A stretch of 64,000 bases of DNA from Acidimicrobiia bacterium (GTDB taxonomy: Bacteria; Actinomycetota; Acidimicrobiia; UBA2766): positions 14,285-78,284 of the forward strand of contig JBCKKC010000002.1 of assembly GCA_038904395.1 (NCBI GenBank). The letters are read 5' to 3'. Shown here piece after piece: positions 36,646-46,446 of the stretch. Under the pieces are notes generated by a model, which was given only the letters and a program-made list of their open reading frames with translations, ran no database searches and was not told the DNA's origin. The first letter of the stretch is position 1; each line of letters begins with the position of its first letter. Made by a program: the position numbers and the translations under genes.

Positions 36646-38925
36646 TCACGGCGTTTCTGCGTCATTGCGGTCCTTCGGGATGACCGGGGTCAACCTAGTC
36701 CCTGACTCAAGATTTGTAAGATACGAGTCACGGACTAGGTTGCTTCGCTGCGCTCGCAATGACGGAGGGGGTCCTGAACTATACGTCGGTGATTTCTTGA
36801 GTTTGCGGCGCCGCCGAGCGTGGACTATCCACCACACCCCTAAGAACGATATAGATCCGACGGTCAGAGCTATCGCCACGCCATTTGCTGCCGTGCTCTG
36901 GACTAGCACCCGGCCTTGTGTCAGCAGAATCTGATCGTCGGGCGATGTGACTCGGATCTTGATTGGATATGTGCCGGTGCTTGGGGTATCAATTGCAAAT
37001 TCGGTGGTTGCACTTTGAGATGACACCGTGAGTATCGTCTCGTTTCCGTTCGGAAAGGTGATGCCCGGAGAAGATAAAGTCACTTTGAGCCGTAGGGAGA
37101 GACCCGAATTGTTGTGAATTGAAACCGGCAACGTGGCATGTCGTGACGTGAGCGTCAGCTCCCTCTGATTGGGCAGTTGGATTGACTTGAATTTAGCAGT
37201 GGTGGCGTCGGTCACATGCCTAGAGTACGCAGCACTTGTGCCGTCAGTAATCAATGTTGAGTCCACCGATTCCAGAACTGTGGTGTTTAGGTCGGCTAGC
37301 TCTCGGTGCGCTGGACCGTCTGGGTCAGCTACTAGTTGTTCTAACTGTGACAGCTGACTGCTGGCCTGTATCGATTGGTTGTACATGGCCATTGCTGCAC
37401 TTGTAGGTACGGCGTTGGGTCGGGTCAGTGGGAGAGTGCGCAACTTGCCTTGTGAGCTGCGGGCGTCTGGAACCTCGTTCAGTAAATTCTCGGCCGAGAG
37501 AAGGCGAACATGCGGTGCGTTTGCCAGGCGTGAGAGCGAGGCACTCAAAGTTGATTCGGGTGCAGACCAATCCCATGGCGGCATCAGCACTGTCCCACGA
37601 ATTTGTGACGGCTCGTCCAGATAGATCATTGTCAGGTCTGCCAAGAGCTGCTGACTACTAGCAGTGGGGCCGCCCGCTGCTGTCAGGTCGTTTGGCAAGT
37701 TTGGATCAGCACGCAGAATTCGCATGTCGTTAAGTTTGTCGACGTGGAACGGTTGATTGACCGAGAAACTTCCCCGCGGCACTGTTACAGCACTCGGCTC
37801 GACAACTACTGCTTGGGCACCATGGGCCTCCATTGTTTGCAGAGCAGAGGTGGCAACATATGGTCCGGGAGCAACTTGGATTTTGGTGTCGAAGGTGCCA
37901 AATTCGGTCTTCATGACTTCTTCTGCACCTGCAAACTGTCGGTCTGCTTCTGTGGCAATAGCACTCCAGGCATCGCTGTCGACGTGGGAATACGAGCCAC
38001 TGTATACGGGGTGGGTTCGACTGGTGGTCACCAACGAATTGGCGACCGTGCTGGCTGCTGGATCATTCTGAGAGAGCTTGCGCACGCGGCTAAATGTATC
38101 GGGCACAACTAAAAGCGAGATAGGTGACGGGGTGGTCGAAGCGACTCTCGCCAACGTGGCAAGTCGCCCTTGAGATTGTTGATCTTGCGATAGGTCAGCT
38201 CGCAGCGACGTGTCTGGGCCCATTGGGGCCCGGGGTGGAGGTGAATACACCGGCCAAAGCCAAGTGAAACGGAGTGGTTCGTCAACGTTGGTTGAGAGCT
38301 TTATAGCGAAAGTCGTGAGCGTTGCCAAGGCGTCGGTACGGCCGGCATGACGCAATTGGATGTTGACGGGATAAACGCCATTGCGGCGCAGACTAATGCG
38401 ATTATTATCGCTGGTTCCCGATTCCGCTACGACGGGGCCAATCTGGGCAAGGAACGGATGATCGGATGTGGTGCTGGAGCCGGAGGGGGCATTTGTCAGT
38501 GGCGCTGTCAGTAACTGCAAGGTCGAGGTGTTTGCACCCTTAGTGGCTTGAATGAGATCAGCTCGAGACGACAGCGACGATCCAAAAATATAAGCAACCT
38601 CTAAATCGGTTGGGCTATCGGGCGCCTTTATAGCTACTGAAATGGACAGCTTGTCACCCGCGTGGACTACCGCAGGGATTTCAAGGAGGCTAATGTCATA
38701 CTCAGATTGTTGCGAGTTGACCTTGTCGCCGTGTGGCCGGTTAGTTTGCGCAGTTTGTGGATTTGGCCTTGGGGTTGGTGCGGCAAGGAGCTGGCCAGAT
38801 GTGACTGTGATGACGAAGAGGAGCGCTGTTACCGCCACCAGTGTGGGTCGCAGCGCCCAACTCATCAGAGTGGTATTTCGCTTCGCAGAGCGCTTCCTGG
38901 TTGGGTGTACTCTTTTGACAAACAT
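36646..38925 (-). CDS. Large secreted / C-terminally anchored protein (Rv3909-like position, DUF6049-like)
   Basis: The 759-aa protein has an N-terminal signal/TM and a C-terminal TM (IALTVGSISFLGVWWIV). Position upstream of murJ is conserved. The last ~38 codons are encoded by the family-A repeat. The family name comes from memory of synteny, not from a search. Confidence 0.75.
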   Translation of the reverse strand: MFVKRVHPTRKRSAKRNTTLMSWALRPTLVAVTALLFVITVTSGQLLAAPTPRPNPQTAQTNRPHGDKVNSQQSEYDISLLEIPAVVHAGDKLSISVAIKAPDSPTDLEVAYIFGSSLSSRADLIQATKGANTSTLQLLTAPLTNAPSGSSTTSDHPFLAQIGPVVAESGTSDNNRISLRRNGVYPVNIQLRHAGRTDALATLTTFAIKLSTNVDEPLRFTWLWPVYSPPPRAPMGPDTSLRADLSQDQQSQGRLATLARVASTTPSPISLLVVPDTFSRVRKLSQNDPAASTVANSLVTTSRTHPVYSGSYSHVDSDAWSAIATEADRQFAGAEEVMKTEFGTFDTKIQVAPGPYVATSALQTMEAHGAQAVVVEPSAVTVPRGSFSVNQPFHVDKLNDMRILRADPNLPNDLTAAGGPTASSQQLLADLTMIYLDEPSQIRGTVLMPPWDWSAPESTLSASLSRLANAPHVRLLSAENLLNEVPDARSSQGKLRTLPLTRPNAVPTSAAMAMYNQSIQASSQLSQLEQLVADPDGPAHRELADLNTTVLESVDSTLITDGTSAAYSRHVTDATTAKFKSIQLPNQRELTLTSRHATLPVSIHNNSGLSLRLKVTLSSPGITFPNGNETILTVSSQSATTEFAIDTPSTGTYPIKIRVTSPDDQILLTQGRVLVQSTAANGVAIALTVGSISFLGVWWIVHARRRRKLKKSPTYSSGPPPSLRAQRSNLVRDSYLTNLESGTRLTPVIPKDRNDAETP
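36660..36765. repeat. Family-A palindromic element between the Rv3909-like gene and murJ
   Basis: The termini are CGTCATTGCGG (36660-36670) and CTCGCAATGACGG (36753-36765). The inner hairpin pairs CAACCTAGTCCCTGACTC with GAGTCACGGACTAGGTTG. Confidence 0.8.
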
Positions 38926-38929
38926 TGAT

Positions 38930-39838
38930 TTAGTCTCGTGACTCGAGGCGAAGGCTCAGCACATGTAAGTTGGATGCTGATTGTTTGAACCCGCAGGTTT
39001 CATAAAGTTGCAACGCCTTTGCGTTGCTTTCTTGAGTATTGACAACGCACGACCGTACCCGCCATCTCTTCAACCATTCGAGGGCTTCTTTGAGAAAGAA
39101 TTTACCCAATCCGAGCTGTTGGCTGGCTGGATGAACGGCCAATCGCTGAAGGAATCCTTGGTGCTTACTGCGCCCTGTAATGCAATAGCCAACAACTGAT
39201 CCTAAGTGAATCTCGGGCAAATTCAGCGCTGGAATCGTGTCGAGCGAAGGGGTCAAGGAAACAGTCTTAGAATGCGCTCCTTCGCCTGAGTTGACATATT
39301 CCTGTGGATGTGCTCGGTCATCACCGGGGATTTTGTCAGGGACTACTTCAATTTCTCGGTTGAGTGTAGCTACCCGAAAGCGAGACTGAGGGGTTGCTAA
39401 TGTAGCTTCTCTCAACGAACCTTCATCCAGTCGCCAGAAGTCATCGAAGGTTAGTTCATCAACTCCTAATACCTGGGCAAGGTCGTAGTCGTGGGCCTTT
39501 CTAATTGAAATATCCTGTGCTAGTTGTGCAGGCATTATGTTGTGGAGGTCGTGTTCGAGGACAAGTAGTTGTTCTTTGTGGGCAAATCCTGCATTCAGAA
39601 ACGGCGCTAGCTCGTTGGGTTGCAAAGCGGGAGTGACGACGACCTCAAATCCTTCTTCGGCTAGGAATTCGCAAGCTTTCACGATGAAGTCCCTTCGCAG
39701 GGCGTGCGCCCCGGGGGATGGAGCAATGAAAGCTGTCCCGGCCAGATGCCGCCACGGCCCGATGTGAGCTTGCTGACCCTGCCACTTATACAATTGGGGA
39801 ACCACACTTGAAAAGATAGACAAAGTTAGAGGGCGCAA
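38930..39838 (-). CDS. GNAT family N-acetyltransferase (two-lobed)
   Basis: The C-terminal acetyl-CoA motif region reads LQRLAVHPASQQLGLGKFFLKEAL, followed by NAKALQLYETCGF. The N-terminal half is GNAT-like but degenerate. Confidence 0.75.
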   Translation of the reverse strand: MRPLTLSIFSSVVPQLYKWQGQQAHIGPWRHLAGTAFIAPSPGAHALRRDFIVKACEFLAEEGFEVVVTPALQPNELAPFLNAGFAHKEQLLVLEHDLHNIMPAQLAQDISIRKAHDYDLAQVLGVDELTFDDFWRLDEGSLREATLATPQSRFRVATLNREIEVVPDKIPGDDRAHPQEYVNSGEGAHSKTVSLTPSLDTIPALNLPEIHLGSVVGYCITGRSKHQGFLQRLAVHPASQQLGLGKFFLKEALEWLKRWRVRSCVVNTQESNAKALQLYETCGFKQSASNLHVLSLRLESRD

Positions 39839-39943
39839 GTCGGATTTGAGGGTTGGGAGAGAGTACTTCGAAGATCCGGTGTTGCGGCGCCTTCGACGAT
39901 CCCCGCAAAAAGTGGTCCGAATGTTGCCTACGATCGGCTTATT

Positions 39944-41320
39944 ATGCCGGATTCAGTAAGTCAAATAGTTAATAACGTGCAGGTAGTCGACTTGGCCGCA
40001 GCTTTTGATGCCCAAGGCTACGAGTTGCATCTTGTGGGTGGATGCGTAAGAGACGCTCTACTTAGCCGACCAATCGCTGACATCGACCTCACTACGGATG
40101 CGCCCCCTGACGCGATTGAACGGCTAGTCAGCCCGCGCGCGACTGCTCTGTGGACCATCGGTCGTGAATTTGGCACAGTCGGTGCTGAAATTGAAGGTCA
40201 CCTCTTTGAGATCACTACCTATCGCAGTGACGTATATACGCACACATCGCGCAAGCCGGAGGTCAGCTTCGGCGATTCGTTGTTGGAAGACTTGCGTCGA
40301 CGCGACTTTACGATCAATTCGATGGCGATCGAGGTGCCGAGTGGGAAGCTGATTGATCCATTCGGCGGCGTCCAAGATTTGGCCCGAAAGCGCTTGGCTA
40401 CACCCCGCTCAGCGAGCGATTCTTTCGCAGAGGATCCCTTGCGCATTATGCGGGCCGCCCGTTTTGCTGGCCGCCTCGGACTCAAACCAGACGAGTCGCT
40501 GGTTAGTGCGATGGAGTCAATGCGGCATCGGCTCCAGATTGTTTCCGCCGAGAGAGTCTGCGATGAGTTGGCAAAAATCCTCACGCTGGAGTCGGTTTCC
40601 GATGCCCTGTGGCTCTTGTATGACACGGGCGTGATGGCCGAAGTATTGCCAGAAGTAGCGGCACTGAGGCTCGAGCAGGACCCGATTCATCGGCACAAGG
40701 ATGTGCTCGCTCATTCGATCGCCGTTACCGAGAAGTCGTCGCCGAAGCTGGTTTTGCGCCTGGCGGCCTTGTTGCACGACATTGGTAAACCCGCGACCCG
40801 ATCCTTCTCAGAGAACGGTGTTGCGTTTCATCACCACGATGTAGTTGGCGCAAAAATGGCTCGCAAGCGGCTGCGTGCATTGAGGTATCCAAAGGATGTC
40901 ATTGAGGCAGTATCCAACCTGATCTTTCTTCATTTGCGGGTCCATACCTATCGTATGGGCTGGACTGATTCAGCTGTTCGCCGGTATGTGAGAGACGCCG
41001 GCGACCAACTTGAAGACCTAAATGAGCTGATCAGGTGTGACTGCACCACTCGCAACCCGGCTAAGGCCCGTCAGCTCCAAGATCGAATGGACGAACTCGA
41101 GGTTCGTATTTCTGAGGTGGCCGCAAAAGAAGAGCTCAACGCCATGAGGCCAGCGCTAGACGGCAGCGAGGTCATGGAGCGCCTGGGAGTATCTGCTGGT
41201 CCCACGGTAGGTAAGGCGCTCAAATTCCTCTTGCATGTTCGTCTTGAGGAAGGTGAGATTCCTAAGCAAGAAGCTTATGAGCGCCTCGACTCATGGTGGA
41301 GCGAGCAACCTGCTACTTGA
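39944..41320 (+). CDS. cca: CCA tRNA nucleotidyltransferase / poly(A) polymerase family with HD domain
   Basis: The PolyA_pol head motif is GGCVRD..L......DIDL. RRDFTINSMA and the HD region LLHDIGK are also present. Confidence 0.88.
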   Translation: MPDSVSQIVNNVQVVDLAAAFDAQGYELHLVGGCVRDALLSRPIADIDLTTDAPPDAIERLVSPRATALWTIGREFGTVGAEIEGHLFEITTYRSDVYTHTSRKPEVSFGDSLLEDLRRRDFTINSMAIEVPSGKLIDPFGGVQDLARKRLATPRSASDSFAEDPLRIMRAARFAGRLGLKPDESLVSAMESMRHRLQIVSAERVCDELAKILTLESVSDALWLLYDTGVMAEVLPEVAALRLEQDPIHRHKDVLAHSIAVTEKSSPKLVLRLAALLHDIGKPATRSFSENGVAFHHHDVVGAKMARKRLRALRYPKDVIEAVSNLIFLHLRVHTYRMGWTDSAVRRYVRDAGDQLEDLNELIRCDCTTRNPAKARQLQDRMDELEVRISEVAAKEELNAMRPALDGSEVMERLGVSAGPTVGKALKFLLHVRLEEGEIPKQEAYERLDSWWSEQPAT

Positions 41321-41356
41321 CAGCAACAGGTTGCCCTTAACCGTCAACCGGCATCC

Positions 41357-42526
41357 TTAGCCGTCTATGAATTTTTCTACTTCCAGATGGCAAATGTCGT
41401 CGGTGTATTGCACCGGCGGGCTCTTCATGAAGTAGGAGGACGGTCCAAGAATTGGTCCACCGAGGCCACGATCTGATGCCAGCTTGATGCATCGGACAGC
41501 GTCGATGACAACTCCGGCGGAGTTTGGGCTATCCCATACTTCAAGTTTCAACTCGACGTTGATGGGTGCGCCACCGAACTCAGTCCCCTCGATGCGGATG
41601 TATGCCCATTTCTGGTCTTCCAGCCACGGGACGTGATCGGAAGGGCCAATGTGGACTGCGCCAGCGCTGAGGCCATGTTCAATCTGTGACGTCACCGACT
41701 GTGTCTTAGAAACTTTTTTGGATGTGAGTCGCTTGCGCTCCAACATGTTGCGAAAGTCCTGGTTGCCGCCGAAATTGAGCTGGTAGGTGCGGTCGATTCG
41801 AGCACCGCGATCTTCGAACAGTCGAGACAGCACACGGTGGAGAATCGTTGCCCCGACCTGGCTCTTGATGTCGTCGCCGATTATCGGCACTCCGGCAGCA
41901 GTAAATTTCTCTGCCCAAGTTGGGTCACTGGCAATGAAAACAGGGATGCAGTTAACGAATCCGCAGCCAGCATCGAGAGCGGCTTGCGCATAGAAACGGG
42001 TGGCATCTTCGGCGCCGACTGGCAAGAAGTTAACCAGGACGTCGGCCTGGGTCTCTCGGAGCACTTTAGCGATCTCAACCGGGTCTTGCGGCGACTCGTC
42101 TATAACGTCACGGTAGTACTCACCAAGGCCATCAAGTGTTGGGCCCCTTTGAACGGTCACATCTTGATAGGGTACTTCGGCAAATTTCAGGGTGTTATTG
42201 AGTCCACCGTCAATTGCCTTTGAAAGGTCTTGGCCAACTTTGGACGCGTCCACGTCGAAGGCTGCCACAAACTTGATGTCCTTGACGTGATAGCCGCCCA
42301 GCTCGACATGCATGAGTCCTGGTACTGCTGTGTCAGGGTCGGCATCCCGATAGTGACTTACACCTTGGATCAAGCTAGAAGAGCAATTACCGACGCCGGC
42401 GATTGCGACCCGAACTTGTCCCGAAGCGCCAGAGTTCGGCCTTGCGTGGCTCTTGTCTCGACTTTGAGCCTTAGGGAGCGGACCTGGGTTCGGTGATTTT
42501 GGTTGTTGGGATGGGTTTTGGTTCAT
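41357..42526 (-). CDS. ino1: Inositol-3-phosphate synthase
   Basis: Bacterial Ino1 motifs are present: [24 protein letters not shown]-like [13 protein letters not shown], and KSQ.GAT. Pairing with a PadR gene matches Rv0046c/Rv0047c. Confidence 0.92.
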   Translation of the reverse strand: MNQNPSQQPKSPNPGPLPKAQSRDKSHARPNSGASGQVRVAIAGVGNCSSSLIQGVSHYRDADPDTAVPGLMHVELGGYHVKDIKFVAAFDVDASKVGQDLSKAIDGGLNNTLKFAEVPYQDVTVQRGPTLDGLGEYYRDVIDESPQDPVEIAKVLRETQADVLVNFLPVGAEDATRFYAQAALDAGCGFVNCIPVFIASDPTWAEKFTAAGVPIIGDDIKSQVGATILHRVLSRLFEDRGARIDRTYQLNFGGNQDFRNMLERKRLTSKKVSKTQSVTSQIEHGLSAGAVHIGPSDHVPWLEDQKWAYIRIEGTEFGGAPINVELKLEVWDSPNSAGVVIDAVRCIKLASDRGLGGPILGPSSYFMKSPPVQYTDDICHLEVEKFIDG

Positions 42527-42532
42527 ATTTCT

Positions 42533-43309
42533 TTATCTCTTTCCTTCGGATGAAAATGGGGAGACCCCATTGCGTTCATTTGGCCCTGATGGGGGATGTC
42601 CAGTCGAAATTGTCGCCATTGAGAGTTCGTTGGAACGATCAAGGGCAACGATGTTGTTGAGAAAGTCCAATTCGCCCTGGATACGTGCCAGCTCATAGCC
42701 GATAACAAGGTTGCTGTGTGGATCTGCATCAGGGCTTGGCGATGACTCCAATTGCGTCTGCATTTCCAGCAGATGTTCCTTTCGTTTTTCTAGCAGCGTG
42801 TTGCGCTCCGAGGCAGTTACCGCTCCGGCGAAGGCAAGGCGCACTACAAAGCCATGCCCCTGACTCGCTTCGGGGTCGGCAAACATCTGCTGGAAAATCT
42901 CTCTCCCGGTCGCCGTAATGCGATAAGTCTTGCGTCGCCTGCCCGATGGGGTTGCAGGTTCTATTGCGCCGCCAACCGGAATGCTGGTTGTGCGCCGTAG
43001 GGTGCTACGACGCAAGGCGCGCATACCGGTGAGACTCGTCGCTGCCGCAGCCATGACAGCGCCAGTATTTTGATGCGCCCTGGTGGGACCGGCGATTGTC
43101 GCCTCTGGGATGGCGTCGGTTGAGACGATGCGCTTGGTCGGCACTTTCGAAATGGCGTTGCGGCGTTCTAAGTCGCGCAGAGCAGGATATATCGAACCGA
43201 AGGAGACGCTGCCCAGATGACCCAGGAGTTCGTCGACTTCCATTTTTAGCTGGTAACCGTGCATATCGTGCTTGATCAGGAGACCAAGAACTAGGAATTC
43301 TGCTTTCAT
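42533..43309 (-). CDS. PadR family transcriptional regulator with a large insertion in the wing
   Basis: The PadR winged HTH is present (LVLGLL....HGYQL.......L.....S.GSIYPAL..LE..). The wing motif RKTYRITATG appears only about 70 aa later. A C-terminal PadR_C-like helical domain follows. Confidence 0.8.
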   Translation of the reverse strand: MKAEFLVLGLLIKHDMHGYQLKMEVDELLGHLGSVSFGSIYPALRDLERRNAISKVPTKRIVSTDAIPEATIAGPTRAHQNTGAVMAAAATSLTGMRALRRSTLRRTTSIPVGGAIEPATPSGRRRKTYRITATGREIFQQMFADPEASQGHGFVVRLAFAGAVTASERNTLLEKRKEHLLEMQTQLESSPSPDADPHSNLVIGYELARIQGELDFLNNIVALDRSNELSMATISTGHPPSGPNERNGVSPFSSEGKR

Positions 43310-43371
43310 GTGATCCCGCTATTATATCGAGTTGATATAACAGTGTCGCACAAAGACGGATTGGTCAAGTA

Positions 43372-43890
43372 TTGTCTTTAAAACGAGACCTTTCCAGGGC
43401 TTGTCCTATGATTAGAGCCGTTATGCGAGACCTTCCGGCGATTGTTGATTACACGCTTGCTAGACGGGCAACGTTATCGGCCCTTAAGACAGGACTAGTG
43501 AGTCGTGATCAGCTGTGCGATGCACATCCAGACCTGATACGAAGCGCTCGGAATCAGGGTATTCCGGCTGGATTTGGCTGCCCAGTGTGTCAGGGACAGA
43601 ACGCGGTGCACGTCTGGTATGTATTCGGCAAGCGTCTCAATGCCCGTAATGGCAGACTTATCAAACCTGAAACCCTTGAGACCTACATTGCTCTCGAGGG
43701 CGTTACTTGTTATGTAGTGGAAGTATGTGTTGACTGCGCATGGAACCACATTTCGAGATCGTATGTGGGAAGAGCAGTGGTGCAAAGACAAAGACGGACA
43801 AAAGCCGGCCCTGCGGGTGCTGGCTCACAACAGGTGGAATTGAACCCCCTGGAAAGCGAAAACACCCCAGCTGGTGGACCAAAGATCTGA
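43372..43890 (+). CDS. Conserved hypothetical protein (DUF5318-like, Rv0049 position)
   Basis: Cys pairs are present (CPVC ... CVDC). The gene lies between the PadR gene and ponA as in mycobacteria. The start codon is uncertain (43372, 43405 or 43423). Confidence 0.55.
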   Translation: MSLKRDLSRACPMIRAVMRDLPAIVDYTLARRATLSALKTGLVSRDQLCDAHPDLIRSARNQGIPAGFGCPVCQGQNAVHVWYVFGKRLNARNGRLIKPETLETYIALEGVTCYVVEVCVDCAWNHISRSYVGRAVVQRQRRTKAGPAGAGSQQVELNPLESENTPAGGPKI

Positions 43891-43971
43891 CTGGAATTGA
43901 TTCAGTCGCTGCCCTCGAGCGGGCTACTCAGTCCACCAGGCCTACTGAGAAAGAATTGAACGGGAGAAGGA

Positions 43972-46413
43972 ATGAGCCCACCCAGGCAAACGCCGGGTCA
44001 AGAGCACGGCGCTTTGGTGGCCAAGGTCCGCTCATGGCCTGAGAATGATGCCGATCTCACAGGGCAAGGCGGCGGTGGAAAGCGTGGTAGGCATCGGCCC
44101 ACTGAATCGTCACGGACAAAGGGATCAGCGGCGAGCAAGAGCAAATCCAAGAGCAAATCCAACAGATCACCCCGTTCTGGGCATTCGTCGCAGGGTAGCG
44201 GCGCAAACCTGAACCGACAAGCTACCCGTAAGCGGATCCGGCGGCGTCGCCTTCTCTGGGCGGGTGGCATCAGCTTGTTTCTGCTGATTGCTGCCGCTGG
44301 GGCACTTGTGTACTACATGGTAAAGATCCCCCTGCCTGATGCTCCACCACTGGCTCAAACTACATTTGTGCACGCCTCGAACGGCGACCTCTTAGCGGAA
44401 TTGCATGCTGATCAATACCGGATCGATATTCCATTCGAAGGCACGGAATACAATTACCGGAGTTTGCCACCGCACCTAATCTCAGCCGTCGTGGCTCGAG
44501 AAGACAGGACCTTTTTCTCTCATCGTGGAGTCGACTTCTGGGCCATCGTGCGTGCTGCCTGGGCTGATCTCCGCAACAAGCCCAAGCAAGGCGGCTCAAC
44601 CATTCCTCAGCAATACGTCAAGAATGTGTTCCTCAGCAATGAACGAACGATGTTGCGCAAACTCAAAGAGATACCAATAGCGGTCAAACTTACCCGCCGC
44701 TACTCCAAAGACGAGATAATGTCGATGTATCTCAACGTTGTCTACTTTGGTCGTGGTGCCTATGGGATAGAGGCTGCCGCAAAGAAATACTTCGCCAAAG
44801 GCGCTCGAGACCTGACTGTGGGAGAATCGGCCTACTTGGCAGGCTTGATCAGTCGCCCAAGCGGAGCGAGTCCGCAGCAGAATCCGGAAGAAGCTATGCG
44901 CCGAAGGGACGCTACGCTCGACGCAATGGTCCAGGTCGGATCGCTTATTTCCGACCAAGCTGCTGCCGAAAAGAATTCTGTCGATGATGAGGGACACCAG
45001 ATCCGAAGGCCCATTCTCACTGTAGAGACTCCCACAAAGTCGATTGCCTCGAACGGAGGGTCGGCATATTTCACGGACTACGTGCGCAGCGAGCTGGTCA
45101 GGCGGTATGGCAAGGATGCGGTATTTCGCGGTGGACTCACGGTGCAAACTACGCTAGATCCCCGAATTCAGGAGTCTGCCGAATCAGCTGTCCGCCAGGT
45201 GTTAAATCGTCAGGGCGATCCTGACGTTGCGATCGTCACTCTCGATGACGATGGTCGAGTTGTGGCCATGGTAGGGGGCCAAGATTTCGATACGTACCAA
45301 ACGAATTTGGCTGTCGGTAAACAGGGAGGCGGGACTGGCCGCCAGTTTGGTTCAGCTTTCAAGCCCATCGTGCTGGCAGCTGCCTTGCGCGATGGTATTT
45401 CGCCCGAAACGACATTCTCGTCTGCGAGCCCAGGTTTCTTCAAGATTCCTGGCGGAAAGACGTGGAGAGTCAGAAATGCTGGCGATTCGCAAGGGGGCGG
45501 GGGCAAGCATGATCTCGTGTCGTCAATGATCAGCTCTTACAACACCGTCTATGCGCAACTTGGCCTTCAAGTCGGCACCGAGAACATGATTGAGACAGCT
45601 AAAGCGTTGGGCATAGATACCCGCCTACCAGCCACGCCGTCGATCGCGCTTGGCGCCGGAGAAGTCAGTGCGCTCGAGATGGCCCGGGCGTACAGTACGT
45701 TTGCAAACCGAGGGCTTTGTCCTGACGTGGACGTGATTCAGAGAGTTACGAATTCCCAAGGCCGAGTTTTGTACGAGTTCCAGCCGAATAAAACTCGAGT
45801 TCTTACTGACGAGCAAGCAGATACGATCACTTATGCCTTGCATGGGGTTGTGACGAGCGGTACTGGGAAACGGGCCAACATTTCGGGAGTGTCAGTAGCG
45901 GGTAAGACTGGAACGACAAACGACCACACAGACGCTTCGTTCGTTGGCTACACCGCAAAGTATTCGACTTCCGTTTGGATCGGATATCGCGAGGGCACCA
46001 AGCACAAGCTAAACAGCGTTCATGGGTCGGCTGTGTGGGGGGGGACTCTTCCTGCGGAGATTTTCAGAAGACACATGGAACAGATTAGTTATGGCGATGG
46101 CCCTGGGGAATTGCCCGGGTTGGCGCAATATCGAGGCCCGAAAAGGTCTGGTGCTGGCGGTGCTCAGTCGCCGACCCCAGGTGCTTTCATTAGTTCCAAG
46201 GCCGCCAGACAAAGTAGGCAGAAACAAGAAAATTCCAGCCAGCCCCCAACATCGGCACCCATTGATGCAGACGGTAATCCGGTAGCAGCAGCCGGCAACG
46301 TTAGAAAGTCCCGTCGGTCTGGATCAAGTCCGAAGGGCTCGAGCGGCTCTGATGGCTCGAGCTCTTCAACGACAGGTCCTGCGGCTGTTGTAACTGCCGG
46401 CGGCGGTGGTTGA
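43972..46413 (+). CDS. ponA: Class A penicillin-binding protein (transglycosylase + transpeptidase)
   Basis: GT51 motifs are present (EDRTFFSHRGVD, GGSTIPQQYVKN, RK..E). Transpeptidase motifs are SAFKP, SYN and KTGTT. The N- and C-termini are low-complexity. Confidence 0.9.
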   Translation: MSPPRQTPGQEHGALVAKVRSWPENDADLTGQGGGGKRGRHRPTESSRTKGSAASKSKSKSKSNRSPRSGHSSQGSGANLNRQATRKRIRRRRLLWAGGISLFLLIAAAGALVYYMVKIPLPDAPPLAQTTFVHASNGDLLAELHADQYRIDIPFEGTEYNYRSLPPHLISAVVAREDRTFFSHRGVDFWAIVRAAWADLRNKPKQGGSTIPQQYVKNVFLSNERTMLRKLKEIPIAVKLTRRYSKDEIMSMYLNVVYFGRGAYGIEAAAKKYFAKGARDLTVGESAYLAGLISRPSGASPQQNPEEAMRRRDATLDAMVQVGSLISDQAAAEKNSVDDEGHQIRRPILTVETPTKSIASNGGSAYFTDYVRSELVRRYGKDAVFRGGLTVQTTLDPRIQESAESAVRQVLNRQGDPDVAIVTLDDDGRVVAMVGGQDFDTYQTNLAVGKQGGGTGRQFGSAFKPIVLAAALRDGISPETTFSSASPGFFKIPGGKTWRVRNAGDSQGGGGKHDLVSSMISSYNTVYAQLGLQVGTENMIETAKALGIDTRLPATPSIALGAGEVSALEMARAYSTFANRGLCPDVDVIQRVTNSQGRVLYEFQPNKTRVLTDEQADTITYALHGVVTSGTGKRANISGVSVAGKTGTTNDHTDASFVGYTAKYSTSVWIGYREGTKHKLNSVHGSAVWGGTLPAEIFRRHMEQISYGDGPGELPGLAQYRGPKRSGAGGAQSPTPGAFISSKAARQSRQKQENSSQPPTSAPIDADGNPVAAAGNVRKSRRSGSSPKGSSGSDGSSSSTTGPAAVVTAGGGG

Positions 46414-46446
46414 CGATAGGCGCCGAATGGTAAACGATGAGCGATA

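Noticed and set aside
41281-41356. Possible terminator hairpin between cca and ino1 (GCAACCTG ... CAGGTTGC).
   Set aside because: The stem is only about 8 bp with a loop of roughly 14 nt and no U-tract. That is too weak to call.
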